Below are positions 17,870 through 25,062 of a DNA stretch of 64,000 bases, piece by piece. Origin of the DNA: Haloarculaceae archaeon (lineage in GTDB: Archaea > Halobacteriota > Halobacteria > Halobacteriales > Haloarculaceae). Under the pieces are notes generated by a model, which did not search any database, was not told the DNA's origin, and saw only the letters and a list, made by a program, of their open reading frames with translations. Each line of letters starts with the position of its first letter. Position 1 is the first letter of the stretch. Where the stretch lies: NCBI GenBank assembly GCA_036626435.1, contig JAZKRS010000004.1, positions 2,517 through 66,516 of the forward strand. The letters run 5' to 3'. The translations under genes and the position numbers were made by a program.

Positions 17870-18901
17870 ATGGACGTCGACTGGGAGACGCCCGAGGAGT
17901 GGGAGACGGTCACGACGCTGGATGCACACACGGGCGGGGAGCCGCTCCGCGTCGTGACCGGCGGGCTGCCCGAGATAGCGGGGGAGACGATACTCGAAAA
18001 GCGCCGGTACATGGAGTCGACTCTCGACGAGTACCGGACCAGGCTGATGTGGGAGCCACGCGGGCACGCCGACATGTACGGCGCAGTCCTCACCGAGCCA
18101 GTCACCGACGACGCCGACTTCGGCGTCCTCTTTCTCCACAACGACGGCTACTCCACGATGTGTGGCCACGGCGTCGTCGCGCTCGGCAAAGTCGCTGTCG
18201 AGGCCGGCGTCGTCGACCCGACCCCGCCGGTCACGACTGTCGGGATGGACACGCCCGCCGGCCTCGTCACCGCGGAGGTCGAGACCGACGGGGACGGGAC
18301 TGCCGGGAGCGTGACCTTCGAGAACGTCCCCTCCTTCGTCTACGAGACGGACTGTACCGTCGACGTTCCCGCCCTCGGGGCTATCGAGTACGACCTCGCC
18401 TTTGGGGGCGCGTTCTACGCCTACTGTGACGCCGGGGACCTGGGCGTCGATGTCGAGCCCGGATCCGTCGAGGAACTCGTCAGCGTCGGCCGCGCCGTCA
18501 AGCAGCGAGTCAGGGAAACACGCGATATCGCCCATCCCGAGGAGGCCGACCTCGGCTTTCTGTATGGCACAATAATCTGCGAGGACGCGGACGCGCCGGG
18601 TGTCGACTCGCGGAACGTCTGTATCTTCGCCGACGGGGAAGTCGATCGCAGCCCGACGGGGACGGGCGTCTCCGGGCGCGTGGCGCTCCGTGCCGCCGCC
18701 GGCGACCTCGTTCCCGGCGAGGAGTTCGTCGTCGAGAGCATCGTGGGATCGACGTTCACGGGCTCCGTCGAGGAGCGCACGACCTACGGCGGCTACGATG
18801 CCGTCGTCCCGCGTGTCACGGGCGACGCACACGTCTTCGGCCGGTCGGAGTTCGTCTTCGATCCGGCGGATTCGCTGAAAGACGGCTTCCTGATCCGGTG
18901 A
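17870..18901 (+). CDS. proline racemase superfamily enzyme, Cys/Thr catalytic pair (likely trans-3-hydroxy-L-proline dehydratase type)
   Basis: 343 aa. First catalytic motif STMCGHG; the second is DRSPTGTG, with Thr where racemases/epimerases have Cys. Confidence 0.8.
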   Translation: MDVDWETPEEWETVTTLDAHTGGEPLRVVTGGLPEIAGETILEKRRYMESTLDEYRTRLMWEPRGHADMYGAVLTEPVTDDADFGVLFLHNDGYSTMCGHGVVALGKVAVEAGVVDPTPPVTTVGMDTPAGLVTAEVETDGDGTAGSVTFENVPSFVYETDCTVDVPALGAIEYDLAFGGAFYAYCDAGDLGVDVEPGSVEELVSVGRAVKQRVRETRDIAHPEEADLGFLYGTIICEDADAPGVDSRNVCIFADGEVDRSPTGTGVSGRVALRAAAGDLVPGEEFVVESIVGSTFTGSVEERTTYGGYDAVVPRVTGDAHVFGRSEFVFDPADSLKDGFLIR

Positions 18902-18939
18902 GCCGCCGGACTGATACCCGTTGACCCCGTATTCTCGCC

Positions 18940-19236
18940 ATGACTGACGCCGACGCGCCTGACGGGTACGAAGCGCAACTGCGGGCAAACCGCGCCGAGA
19001 AAGACCAGTTCTTCGCGGACCATCCCCAGTCGCCGATTCCGCCGGCAGAGCGGGACGGCTTCGACGGCCTCGCGTACTTCGATCCGGATCCCGGGTACCG
19101 CATCGAGGCGACGGCGAGCGTTCACGACGACCCGGAGCCCGTCGAGATGGACACGAGTGACGGGCGGACGGTCCAGTATCTTCGTCCCCTTCCGTGACAA
19201 GACCACCGGCCAGGAGACCTACGAGGGCGGACGGTG
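18940..19236 (+). pseudogene. DUF1684 family gene, 5' fragment (frameshifted, then truncated by IS insertion)
   Basis: The N-terminus ...RAEKDQFFADHPQSPIPPAERDGFDGLAYFDPDPGYRIEA... matches DUF1684. The frame-1 ORF stops at 19195-19197. The family motif FVPFRDKTTGQETYEGGR continues in frame 2 from 19181 and ends at the IS boundary (19236). Confidence 0.7.
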
Positions 19237-19250
19237 AACGCACCCCGGGG

Positions 19251-20492
19251 TCAAGCCCCGGGGCTTCCTGCTTCAACGACGCGCTTTGCATCCACCGCCT
19301 CCCGATGAGGGGTGAACGTAGGGAGCGCAGTCTGCACAGGCGTTGATTCGGAGCGTCCCGCCCCTAACTGTTTCAAACCACGATTGAGAATAGTCTTCGC
19401 TGCATTGAGATCGCGGTCTTCCGTGTGTCCGCACGCTGGACACGAATGCTCGCGTACCCAGATCGGCTTCGCCGTTTCGACACCACAAACCGAACACTCT
19501 TTGGTCGTCCCGCGAGAGTCGACCGTCTCAACGTGTGTGCCGTGCAATTCGCCTTTGTACTTCAGAAGTTCGAGGAACCGCGACCACGCGGCGTCTTGCT
19601 TGTTCTTGGCGTTCTGCCCGGTTTCCAGCATCGGCTTCACATCCAAGTCCTCAACAACCACAACATCGTACTCTTTCACCAGCCACGTCGTCAGTTTGTG
19701 CTGGTAGTCGCGTACCTTCCGCTTGATTTTGCGTTTGGCTCGGGCTACCTGTTGGCGTTGTTTCTCCCAGTTGGCAGAGCCGTGTTCTTTCCGATCGAGT
19801 TTCCGCTGTTCGCGTGCGTAGCGGTCGTACTCGTCGGACAAATCTAACGTATCTACGGACAGGTTTTCAGACGTGTGGATGTAGCTGGTGATGCCGAGGT
19901 CAACACCCACACAGTCTTTGGGGTCAATCTCATCTAGTGACGGTTTCTCGGGTGTGTCTTCCACAGTAGTGACCAGTGAGACGTACCACTCGCCCGTTGT
20001 CTCTTTCTTGAGGATGACCTCATCAATGTCCTCTGCTGGTGGAACGTCGCGTTCTGCCCGGAGTTTGAACCAACCGATCTTTTCGAGTCGGAGTCGCACG
20101 AATCGGTCGTCGCCCGTGTTGTGATCCACGTTCCAGCGACGGGGTTGATTGTACGACACTGACCGAAACTCGCCCGCACCTTGCCACTGCAACCGCCCGA
20201 CGTTGTAGCCTTTGTTTCGACGTTCTTGCAGTGTTTCCAGATCGGTGTATATCTGGCTGATGGCTTGTTGAGCGGCATGTTGTGATGGTTCTGCAAAGGT
20301 CGGCCACTGGTCTGCCCACGTGGTGAGTTTGCCGTGTTGGTCGTACTCTGATGGGCGGTCGTTGTAGTCCGAGTTATAGTAGTCTCGGACGGCGTGGTTG
20401 CGAATCTGCCGAAGGATATTGATCTGGTGCCACGCTTCGCTTGCCACATCGTCGGGCAGGTACGCGCGGAAGCGAAGCGTGTGTTTCACCAT
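19251..20492 (-). CDS. tnpB: TnpB (IS605 OrfB-type RNA-guided endonuclease)
   Basis: 413 aa. RuvC-I VGVDLGITSY, RuvC-II VVVEDLDVK, zinc finger CSVCG...CPACG, RuvC-III DRDLNAAKTI. The stop lies in the loop of the right-end hairpin. Confidence 0.9.
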   Translation of the reverse strand: MVKHTLRFRAYLPDDVASEAWHQINILRQIRNHAVRDYYNSDYNDRPSEYDQHGKLTTWADQWPTFAEPSQHAAQQAISQIYTDLETLQERRNKGYNVGRLQWQGAGEFRSVSYNQPRRWNVDHNTGDDRFVRLRLEKIGWFKLRAERDVPPAEDIDEVILKKETTGEWYVSLVTTVEDTPEKPSLDEIDPKDCVGVDLGITSYIHTSENLSVDTLDLSDEYDRYAREQRKLDRKEHGSANWEKQRQQVARAKRKIKRKVRDYQHKLTTWLVKEYDVVVVEDLDVKPMLETGQNAKNKQDAAWSRFLELLKYKGELHGTHVETVDSRGTTKECSVCGVETAKPIWVREHSCPACGHTEDRDLNAAKTILNRGLKQLGAGRSESTPVQTALPTFTPHREAVDAKRVVEAGSPGA

Positions 20493-20498
20493 GTGTTG

Positions 20499-20618
20499 TT
20501 AGTCGAGCTTTTCGACGGTGAGTTTCAGCTGGTCGCCTTCCTCCAGTTCAAGGCCGTCTCGGACTTCTTCTGGGATCGTGACGACACCCCGTTGTCGTAG
20601 TTTCGGGTAGCATTCCAT
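20499..20618 (-). CDS. AbrB/SpoVT-like small DNA-binding protein inside the IS
   Basis: 39 aa: MECYPKLRQRGVVTIPEEVRDGLELEEGDQLKLTVEKLD (swapped-hairpin motif G-V-V-T-I-P-x-E-V-R...GD). TAA 20499-20501 lies 6 nt upstream of the tnpB ATG. An ATTATA box lies about 33 nt upstream of its ATG. Confidence 0.6.
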   Translation of the reverse strand: MECYPKLRQRGVVTIPEEVRDGLELEEGDQLKLTVEKLD

Positions 20619-20651
20619 CTGTCCAATACTGAACAATACAGACTCAAACAG

Positions 20652-20657
20652 TATAAT
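20652..20657 (-). promoter_or_regulatory. TATA-like box for the AbrB-like ORF/tnpB transcript
   Basis: The minus strand reads gcATTATActg about 33 nt upstream of ATG 20618. Confidence 0.35.
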
Positions 20658-20708
20658 GCTGTCGGCTTCAACCCCGGGGTCAAGCCCCGGGGCAGTCGCC
20701 TTGACCGC

Positions 20709-20870
20709 CTGTACATGGAGCTGGAGACGGTGGCGAGCGTACCTCGTAGCAGGGGGTGTCTCGTCCCGGTCGATGGGTATGCCACGTCGCCACCTACCAT
20801 GTCGGCAGCGCGTGCCGGATCGGAGGCCAGCGTCGAACACGCACTCTGGGAGCGTGGACACCCGTTCGTC
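20709..20870 (+). pseudogene. DUF1684 family gene, degenerate 3' fragment
   Basis: Reads (L)YMELE..., continuing the GGRYxELE family motif broken at 19236. The downstream sequence no longer shows the expected NxAYNPxCAY/PPxEN motifs. The end coordinate is approximate. Confidence 0.35.
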
Positions 20871-20987
20871 GCCCGGACGCTCTCGCAGATCACGCGCTTC
20901 CTGACGGGCGTCGTCATCGGCGACGACGTCGCTCGACAGCCCATTCGCGTCGTGCACCCGTCAGACGTCCGTCAGACGCTGCCTCAG

Positions 20988-20996
20988 GCTTTAATA
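20988..20996 (+). promoter_or_regulatory. TATA box (cTTTAATAc) for the bactofilin-like gene
   Basis: It lies about 25 nt upstream of GTG 21020, consistent with a leaderless transcript. Confidence 0.45.
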
Positions 20997-21019
20997 CGGC
21001 CGAGACACCTTGTTACCCT

Positions 21020-21997
21020 GTGCCGTCGTTTCGCTCGGATCCCCTCGACGAACTGGTCATCCCGGACGGGACCACCGTCGAGGAACACGACCTGGTGGCA
21101 GATGGGGACGTCATCGTCGGCGGACAGAGCACCGTCGAGTTCGGTGTCCGAGGCAGGAGTGTCATCGCCGGGGAGCGCGTTTCCTTCGGCGGTCACATCG
21201 AGGCCGAGGGCGACTGCCGGCTCGATATGTGGTGTGACGTCGCCGAGGACGTCCTCGTCGCCGAGGACGCCTACCTGGGCGAGCGCGTCCACGTCGGCGG
21301 CGAACTGAAGGTCGCCGGCGACCTCGATATCGGCGACGACGTCGACATCGAGGACGGGTTCGAGGCAAACGGCTGGATCGTCATCCGCAACCCCATGCCG
21401 ACCATCGTCTTCCTCTTCGTCTACCTCTCACAGCTGCTTCGCATCGGCGAGGAGGAGGCGGCAGAGGAGATGCTCTCGGCGATGATGGACGGGAGCGACG
21501 AGGGTCAGCCCGTCGTGATTCCGCGGGGGTCCCAGGTGGGCGACGACGCCTGGCGCGTCTCCACGCCCGCCAGAGTCGGCGACGCGTGCCGTCTCCACGG
21601 CAACGTCCGCGCCGCCTCGCTGGTCGTCGGGCGCGAGACCGAGGTGTTCGGCAGCCTCCGGGCGAAGGAGGGCATCACCGTCGGCGCGGGGACGCAGGTG
21701 ACGGGCAACGTCACGACCCGCGAGGGGACGGTCCGGATCGGGCCCGGCGCCGAGATCCGGGGGGACGTCTCCGGCGCGTTCGTCGAACTCCACCACGAGG
21801 CCGAAGTCGAGGGCGCGATTCGGGCATCCGAGGAGACGACCATCGTCTCCGAACCCGTTCTCGACGATTCGGTCATCGAGTCCGTCGACACGCCAGCTGA
21901 TCCCGACGAGGTGGACACGTCCACCACCGGGGCGGGTGACGAGCGCGACGAGACCGATGGCGAAGCCACCGTAGAGCACTCGGAGCCGCCGGACTAG
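21020..21997 (+). CDS. polymer-forming cytoskeletal (bactofilin-like) protein with two beta-helix modules split by a hydrophobic helix
   Basis: GTG 21020 (VPSFRSDPLDELVIPDGTTVEEHDL...). Repeats ...GDVIVGGQSTVEFGVRGRSVIAGERVSFGG... and ...GNVRAASLVVGRETEVFGSLRAKEGITVGAG... flank the central NPMPTIVFLFVYLSQLL. The tail is acidic. Confidence 0.75.
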   Translation: MPSFRSDPLDELVIPDGTTVEEHDLVADGDVIVGGQSTVEFGVRGRSVIAGERVSFGGHIEAEGDCRLDMWCDVAEDVLVAEDAYLGERVHVGGELKVAGDLDIGDDVDIEDGFEANGWIVIRNPMPTIVFLFVYLSQLLRIGEEEAAEEMLSAMMDGSDEGQPVVIPRGSQVGDDAWRVSTPARVGDACRLHGNVRAASLVVGRETEVFGSLRAKEGITVGAGTQVTGNVTTREGTVRIGPGAEIRGDVSGAFVELHHEAEVEGAIRASEETTIVSEPVLDDSVIESVDTPADPDEVDTSTTGAGDERDETDGEATVEHSEPPD

Positions 21998-22000
21998 TTC

Positions 22001-22035
22001 TGATACTGTCGCCGAACGGCTGCTGACACGAGATA
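22001..22035. repeat. degenerate MITE family B-like copy
   Basis: TGA+tactgtcgccgaacggc... is identical to the family B left arm for the first 8 core nt (11 with the TGA). The right arm is decayed (ctgacacgagata). It starts 4 nt after the TAG stop of the bactofilin-like gene. Confidence 0.4.
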
Positions 22036-22134
22036 TCCATGACCACAACTTATTTGTGGAATCCTTTCGTCCCCGTATACAAGCCCAGTTGGCCTAATAC
22101 AATATCGATTGTACAAGCCACGGGGGTCAACCAC

Positions 22135-22920
22135 ATGACAGACGACGCACTCCTCCTCATCGGTCGAGACGCGACAGGTGGACGCGGAATCTACGAGCAC
22201 CACGCCGATCGGCTCCGCGACCGTGGCGTCGCGGGGTCGGTCCACGTCGTCACGTACGAGCACGACCCACAGCGCGAGTTACGGGGCGCGCTGTCGTCGA
22301 TCCCGGCACAGCGGGCATACGCGGTGCCGGTATGCATGGCCCACACCCACGAGACGACGGACGTGCTGCCGGCGGCCCTCTCGTCGGCCGACGTCGAGGT
22401 GCACTACTGCGAGCCTGTCGGCCGGAGCCCGTCGGTGTCCGGTGCTGTTCTGGCCCGTGCCCGGGCGTGTGCGACCGCGGACCCCGCGACGTCGCTGATC
22501 CTCGTCGGGTTCGGGAACACCGCCGGGACCTACCACCGGCAGGTGACCGAGTACCACGCCGCCCGCGCCCGCGAACGGGCCGAGTACGCCGACGTCCTGA
22601 CCTGCTATCTCACGCAGAACCCCGCAGTCGAGTGTGTCAGGTACAACGCCCCGACGGAGTCGGCCGTGGCCGTGCCGCTGTTTGTCGCCCCGAACTCGGC
22701 CACCGAGGATCGGATTCCCGCGAAGCTCGAACTCGACCGCGGCGGGATCGCGTACGCCGATCCGCTGGGGACCCATCCCCGTGTGACGGACGCGATCCAG
22801 GACCGTCTGGAGACGCAGCGGGTTCTCGCAGAAACTCCCCCGACTCCGGCTTCCTTCGAGGGGGCGCTGACCGAAACGACCCGTCCACTCGCCACCGACG
22901 GGCAGGGGCGCCCGCAGTGA
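22135..22920 (+). CDS. CbiX/SirB-type sirohydrochlorin chelatase
   Basis: ATG 22135 (MTDDALLLIGRDATGG...). Two CbiX-like halves (...AVPVCMAHTHETTD..., ...AVPLFVAPNSATEDRIP...). Confidence 0.7.
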   Translation: MTDDALLLIGRDATGGRGIYEHHADRLRDRGVAGSVHVVTYEHDPQRELRGALSSIPAQRAYAVPVCMAHTHETTDVLPAALSSADVEVHYCEPVGRSPSVSGAVLARARACATADPATSLILVGFGNTAGTYHRQVTEYHAARARERAEYADVLTCYLTQNPAVECVRYNAPTESAVAVPLFVAPNSATEDRIPAKLELDRGGIAYADPLGTHPRVTDAIQDRLETQRVLAETPPTPASFEGALTETTRPLATDGQGRPQ

Positions 22921-22970
22921 GGCTCGGGCCCCGGGCGCACTGACCTGTCAACGAGGCTGACGACACGCTT

Positions 22971-23153
22971 TTGATGGTTGACTCGACCGTACAAACGATG
23001 GAGTGGTCGAAAGCCGCTGTGCCGTCGCAGCTGAAGTCGTGTGGGTGTGGAAGCGATGCTGTCGAGATGAAGGCGGACGGGCTGGTCAAGCACTACCGGT
23101 GTGCGAGCTGCCTGGCCTCGCTGGGTGACATAACGATGGGCCACGAGCCGTGA
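22971..23153 (+). CDS. small Cys-rich (zinc-ribbon-like) protein
   Basis: 60 aa (possibly starting at the internal MEWSK...). CGC...CASC pairs and a strong G/C bias at third codon positions. Confidence 0.45.
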   Translation: MMVDSTVQTMEWSKAAVPSQLKSCGCGSDAVEMKADGLVKHYRCASCLASLGDITMGHEP

Positions 23154-23215
23154 ACGTCAGCCGCGCGTCTGACGGGCACACCAGGCTTATGCCCGCCAGG
23201 GATCTTCTCTGAGAT

Positions 23216-23359
23216 ATGCACACCGACGACGGGCACGTTGCAGTCGACGTCGAGATCCCGACAGGGCTCCTCGCAGAGATGGACGCCTACGGGGCAGCAC
23301 GCGGGTACGCGAGTCCGGACGCGGTCGTCCGCCGTGCGCTCGACCGCCAGTTCCGGTAG
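23216..23359 (+). CDS. small ribbon-helix-helix-like protein
   Basis: 47 aa (below the track cutoff): MHTDDGHVAVDVEIPTGLLAEMDAYGAARGYASPDAVVRRALDRQFR. It has the beta-strand/helix/helix pattern of CopG-like proteins. Confidence 0.45.
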   Translation: MHTDDGHVAVDVEIPTGLLAEMDAYGAARGYASPDAVVRRALDRQFR

Positions 23360-23407
23360 CCCCGTCGATCCGCCACGTTGAAGCCACCCGGACGCGAGCG
23401 TACCCAC

Positions 23408-24577
23408 ATGACACGCGCCGTCTGGCTCAAGGCAGACGACGAGGTCGGCGAGTGGGAGGACCGCAAGCGTCGCATCACGGCCGGGCTCGAGGCCGGCGTC
23501 GACTGGATACTCGTGGACGAGGCCGACGTCAACCGCGTCCGGGACCTGGGCGATGTCAACGTGGCCGCGTTCGCCGGTGACGACGTCCACGTTCTGGAAG
23601 CCGAACGCGACGGCCCGCAGGCCGACGCCACCGTCGTCGGGAAGGACGGGGAGGGCGACGGCACCGTCTCGCTACCACCGGACTTCGCCGGTTCGGCGGA
23701 CCTCTCCGCGCTCCGGCAGGATGGCCCGACGCCGAAGGGCGGGTACGTCCGGATCTACGACGAGGGCTACGAGACGTTCGCCGAGGAGGTCGCAACGGAA
23801 GCCGAGTACACGATCGTCGTCGGCGAGGACTGGCAGATCATCCCCCTGGAGAATCTCATCGCCCGCATCGGCGAGGAGACGACGCTCGTCGCCGGCGTCC
23901 AGAGCGCAGAGGAAGCCCGCACCGCCTACGAGACGCTGGAACTCGGCGCTGACGCCGTCTTGCTGGACACGGATGACCCCGACGAGATCCGCGAGACCGT
24001 CGAGGTCCGCGACGAAATCGAGCGAGAACACCTCGAACTGGAGTACGCCGAGGTGACGACCGTCGAGCGGACCGGCTCGGCCGACCGGGTCTGTATCGAC
24101 ACGGGGAGCATGATGGACCACGACGAAGGGATGCTCGTCGGGTCGCTCTCTCGCGGGCTTTTTTTCGTCCACGCCGAGACCGCCGAATCGCCGTACGTCG
24201 CCTCCCGCCCCTTCCGGGTCAACGCCGGCGCGGTCCACGCCTACGTCCGCGCCCCCGGCGGCGAGACGAAGTACCTCTCGGAGATCAAAAGCGGGACGCA
24301 GGTCCAGATTGTCGACACCGCGGGGAACACACGCGAGGCCGTCGTCGGCCGTGCGAAAATCGAGAAGCGGCCGATGTTCCGCGTCGGGGCCGAAACAGCG
24401 GACGGCGACCGCATCGAGACGCTCCTCCAGAACGCCGAGACGATCAAGGTCCACACCCGCGAGGCGGGCCGAAAGGCCGTCACCGACCTCGAGGCCGGCG
24501 ACGACATCCTCGTCTACTACGAGGACACTGCCCGTCACTTCGGCGAGGCCGTCGAGGAGAGCATCATCGAGAAGTAA
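23408..24577 (+). CDS. aroB': 3-dehydroquinate synthase II (archaeal type)
   Basis: ATG 23408 (MTRAVWLKADDEVGEWEDRKRRITAGLEAGVDWILV...). Blocks ...WQIIPLENLIA... and ...RPFRVNAGAVHAY... are typical of the archaeal enzyme. Confidence 0.85.
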   Translation: MTRAVWLKADDEVGEWEDRKRRITAGLEAGVDWILVDEADVNRVRDLGDVNVAAFAGDDVHVLEAERDGPQADATVVGKDGEGDGTVSLPPDFAGSADLSALRQDGPTPKGGYVRIYDEGYETFAEEVATEAEYTIVVGEDWQIIPLENLIARIGEETTLVAGVQSAEEARTAYETLELGADAVLLDTDDPDEIRETVEVRDEIEREHLELEYAEVTTVERTGSADRVCIDTGSMMDHDEGMLVGSLSRGLFFVHAETAESPYVASRPFRVNAGAVHAYVRAPGGETKYLSEIKSGTQVQIVDTAGNTREAVVGRAKIEKRPMFRVGAETADGDRIETLLQNAETIKVHTREAGRKAVTDLEAGDDILVYYEDTARHFGEAVEESIIEK

Positions 24578-24581
24578 TCGA

Positions 24582-25040
24582 TCAGCCCGCTGCCGGTTCC
24601 TCGTCGTCCTCGGGTTCGACCAGCCGCTGTGAACACCACGGACAGAACGCCAGGTCCTCGTCGAGTTCCTTCCCGCAGTTCGGGCAGTCCTCGGCCTGCA
24701 CCTCGCCACGGTCGTCGACTGTCGGGCGTGCCCGCTCGTTGATCTGGGTGGCCTGCCAGTAGGCGTCGAGGACGCTCAGGAAGGACAGACCCAGGATGAG
24801 AAGACTCACCTCCGTCGGGATCGCCTCCGCCGCAGTGACGAGCGCGTCGACCGACATCGTGGTTGGGGTTGCGTCGTCAGGTATCAGGAAGACCGACGAG
24901 GTGACGATCAGCACGAACCACAGAAGCGCCCGCCCCCACTTGCGCAGGTAGACGTGGCCCAGGCCGGGATAGAGAATCGCAAGGGCAACCGCTAGCCAGG
25001 GACGCTTGCGGCCGGTGCTTCCACGCAGGCTGTCGCTCAC
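24582..25040 (-). CDS. membrane protein with C-terminal zinc ribbon
   Basis: 152 aa. TM helices followed by CPNCG...CPWC. Confidence 0.65.
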   Translation of the reverse strand: MSDSLRGSTGRKRPWLAVALAILYPGLGHVYLRKWGRALLWFVLIVTSSVFLIPDDATPTTMSVDALVTAAEAIPTEVSLLILGLSFLSVLDAYWQATQINERARPTVDDRGEVQAEDCPNCGKELDEDLAFCPWCSQRLVEPEDDEEPAAG

Positions 25041-25062
25041 GGTTCGTAGGTGCGTTCGCGGG

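Larger units (their letters stand above)
19237..20708 (-). mobile_element. IS200/IS605-family element, IS1341-like (tnpB only, no tnpA)
   Basis: An identical 23-nt segment, accccggggtcaagccccggggc, lies at 19242-19264 and 20671-20693 in the same orientation. The element has lower GC than its flanks and interrupts DUF1684 between ...EGGR and (L)YMELE... Boundaries are good to a few nt. Confidence 0.8.

Noticed and set aside
20715-21308. 197-aa plus-strand ORF downstream of the IS
   Set aside because: Only its first residues (YMELE) relate to the disrupted DUF1684 gene. The rest overlaps the bactofilin-like gene in another frame and is Ser/Arg/Pro-rich.
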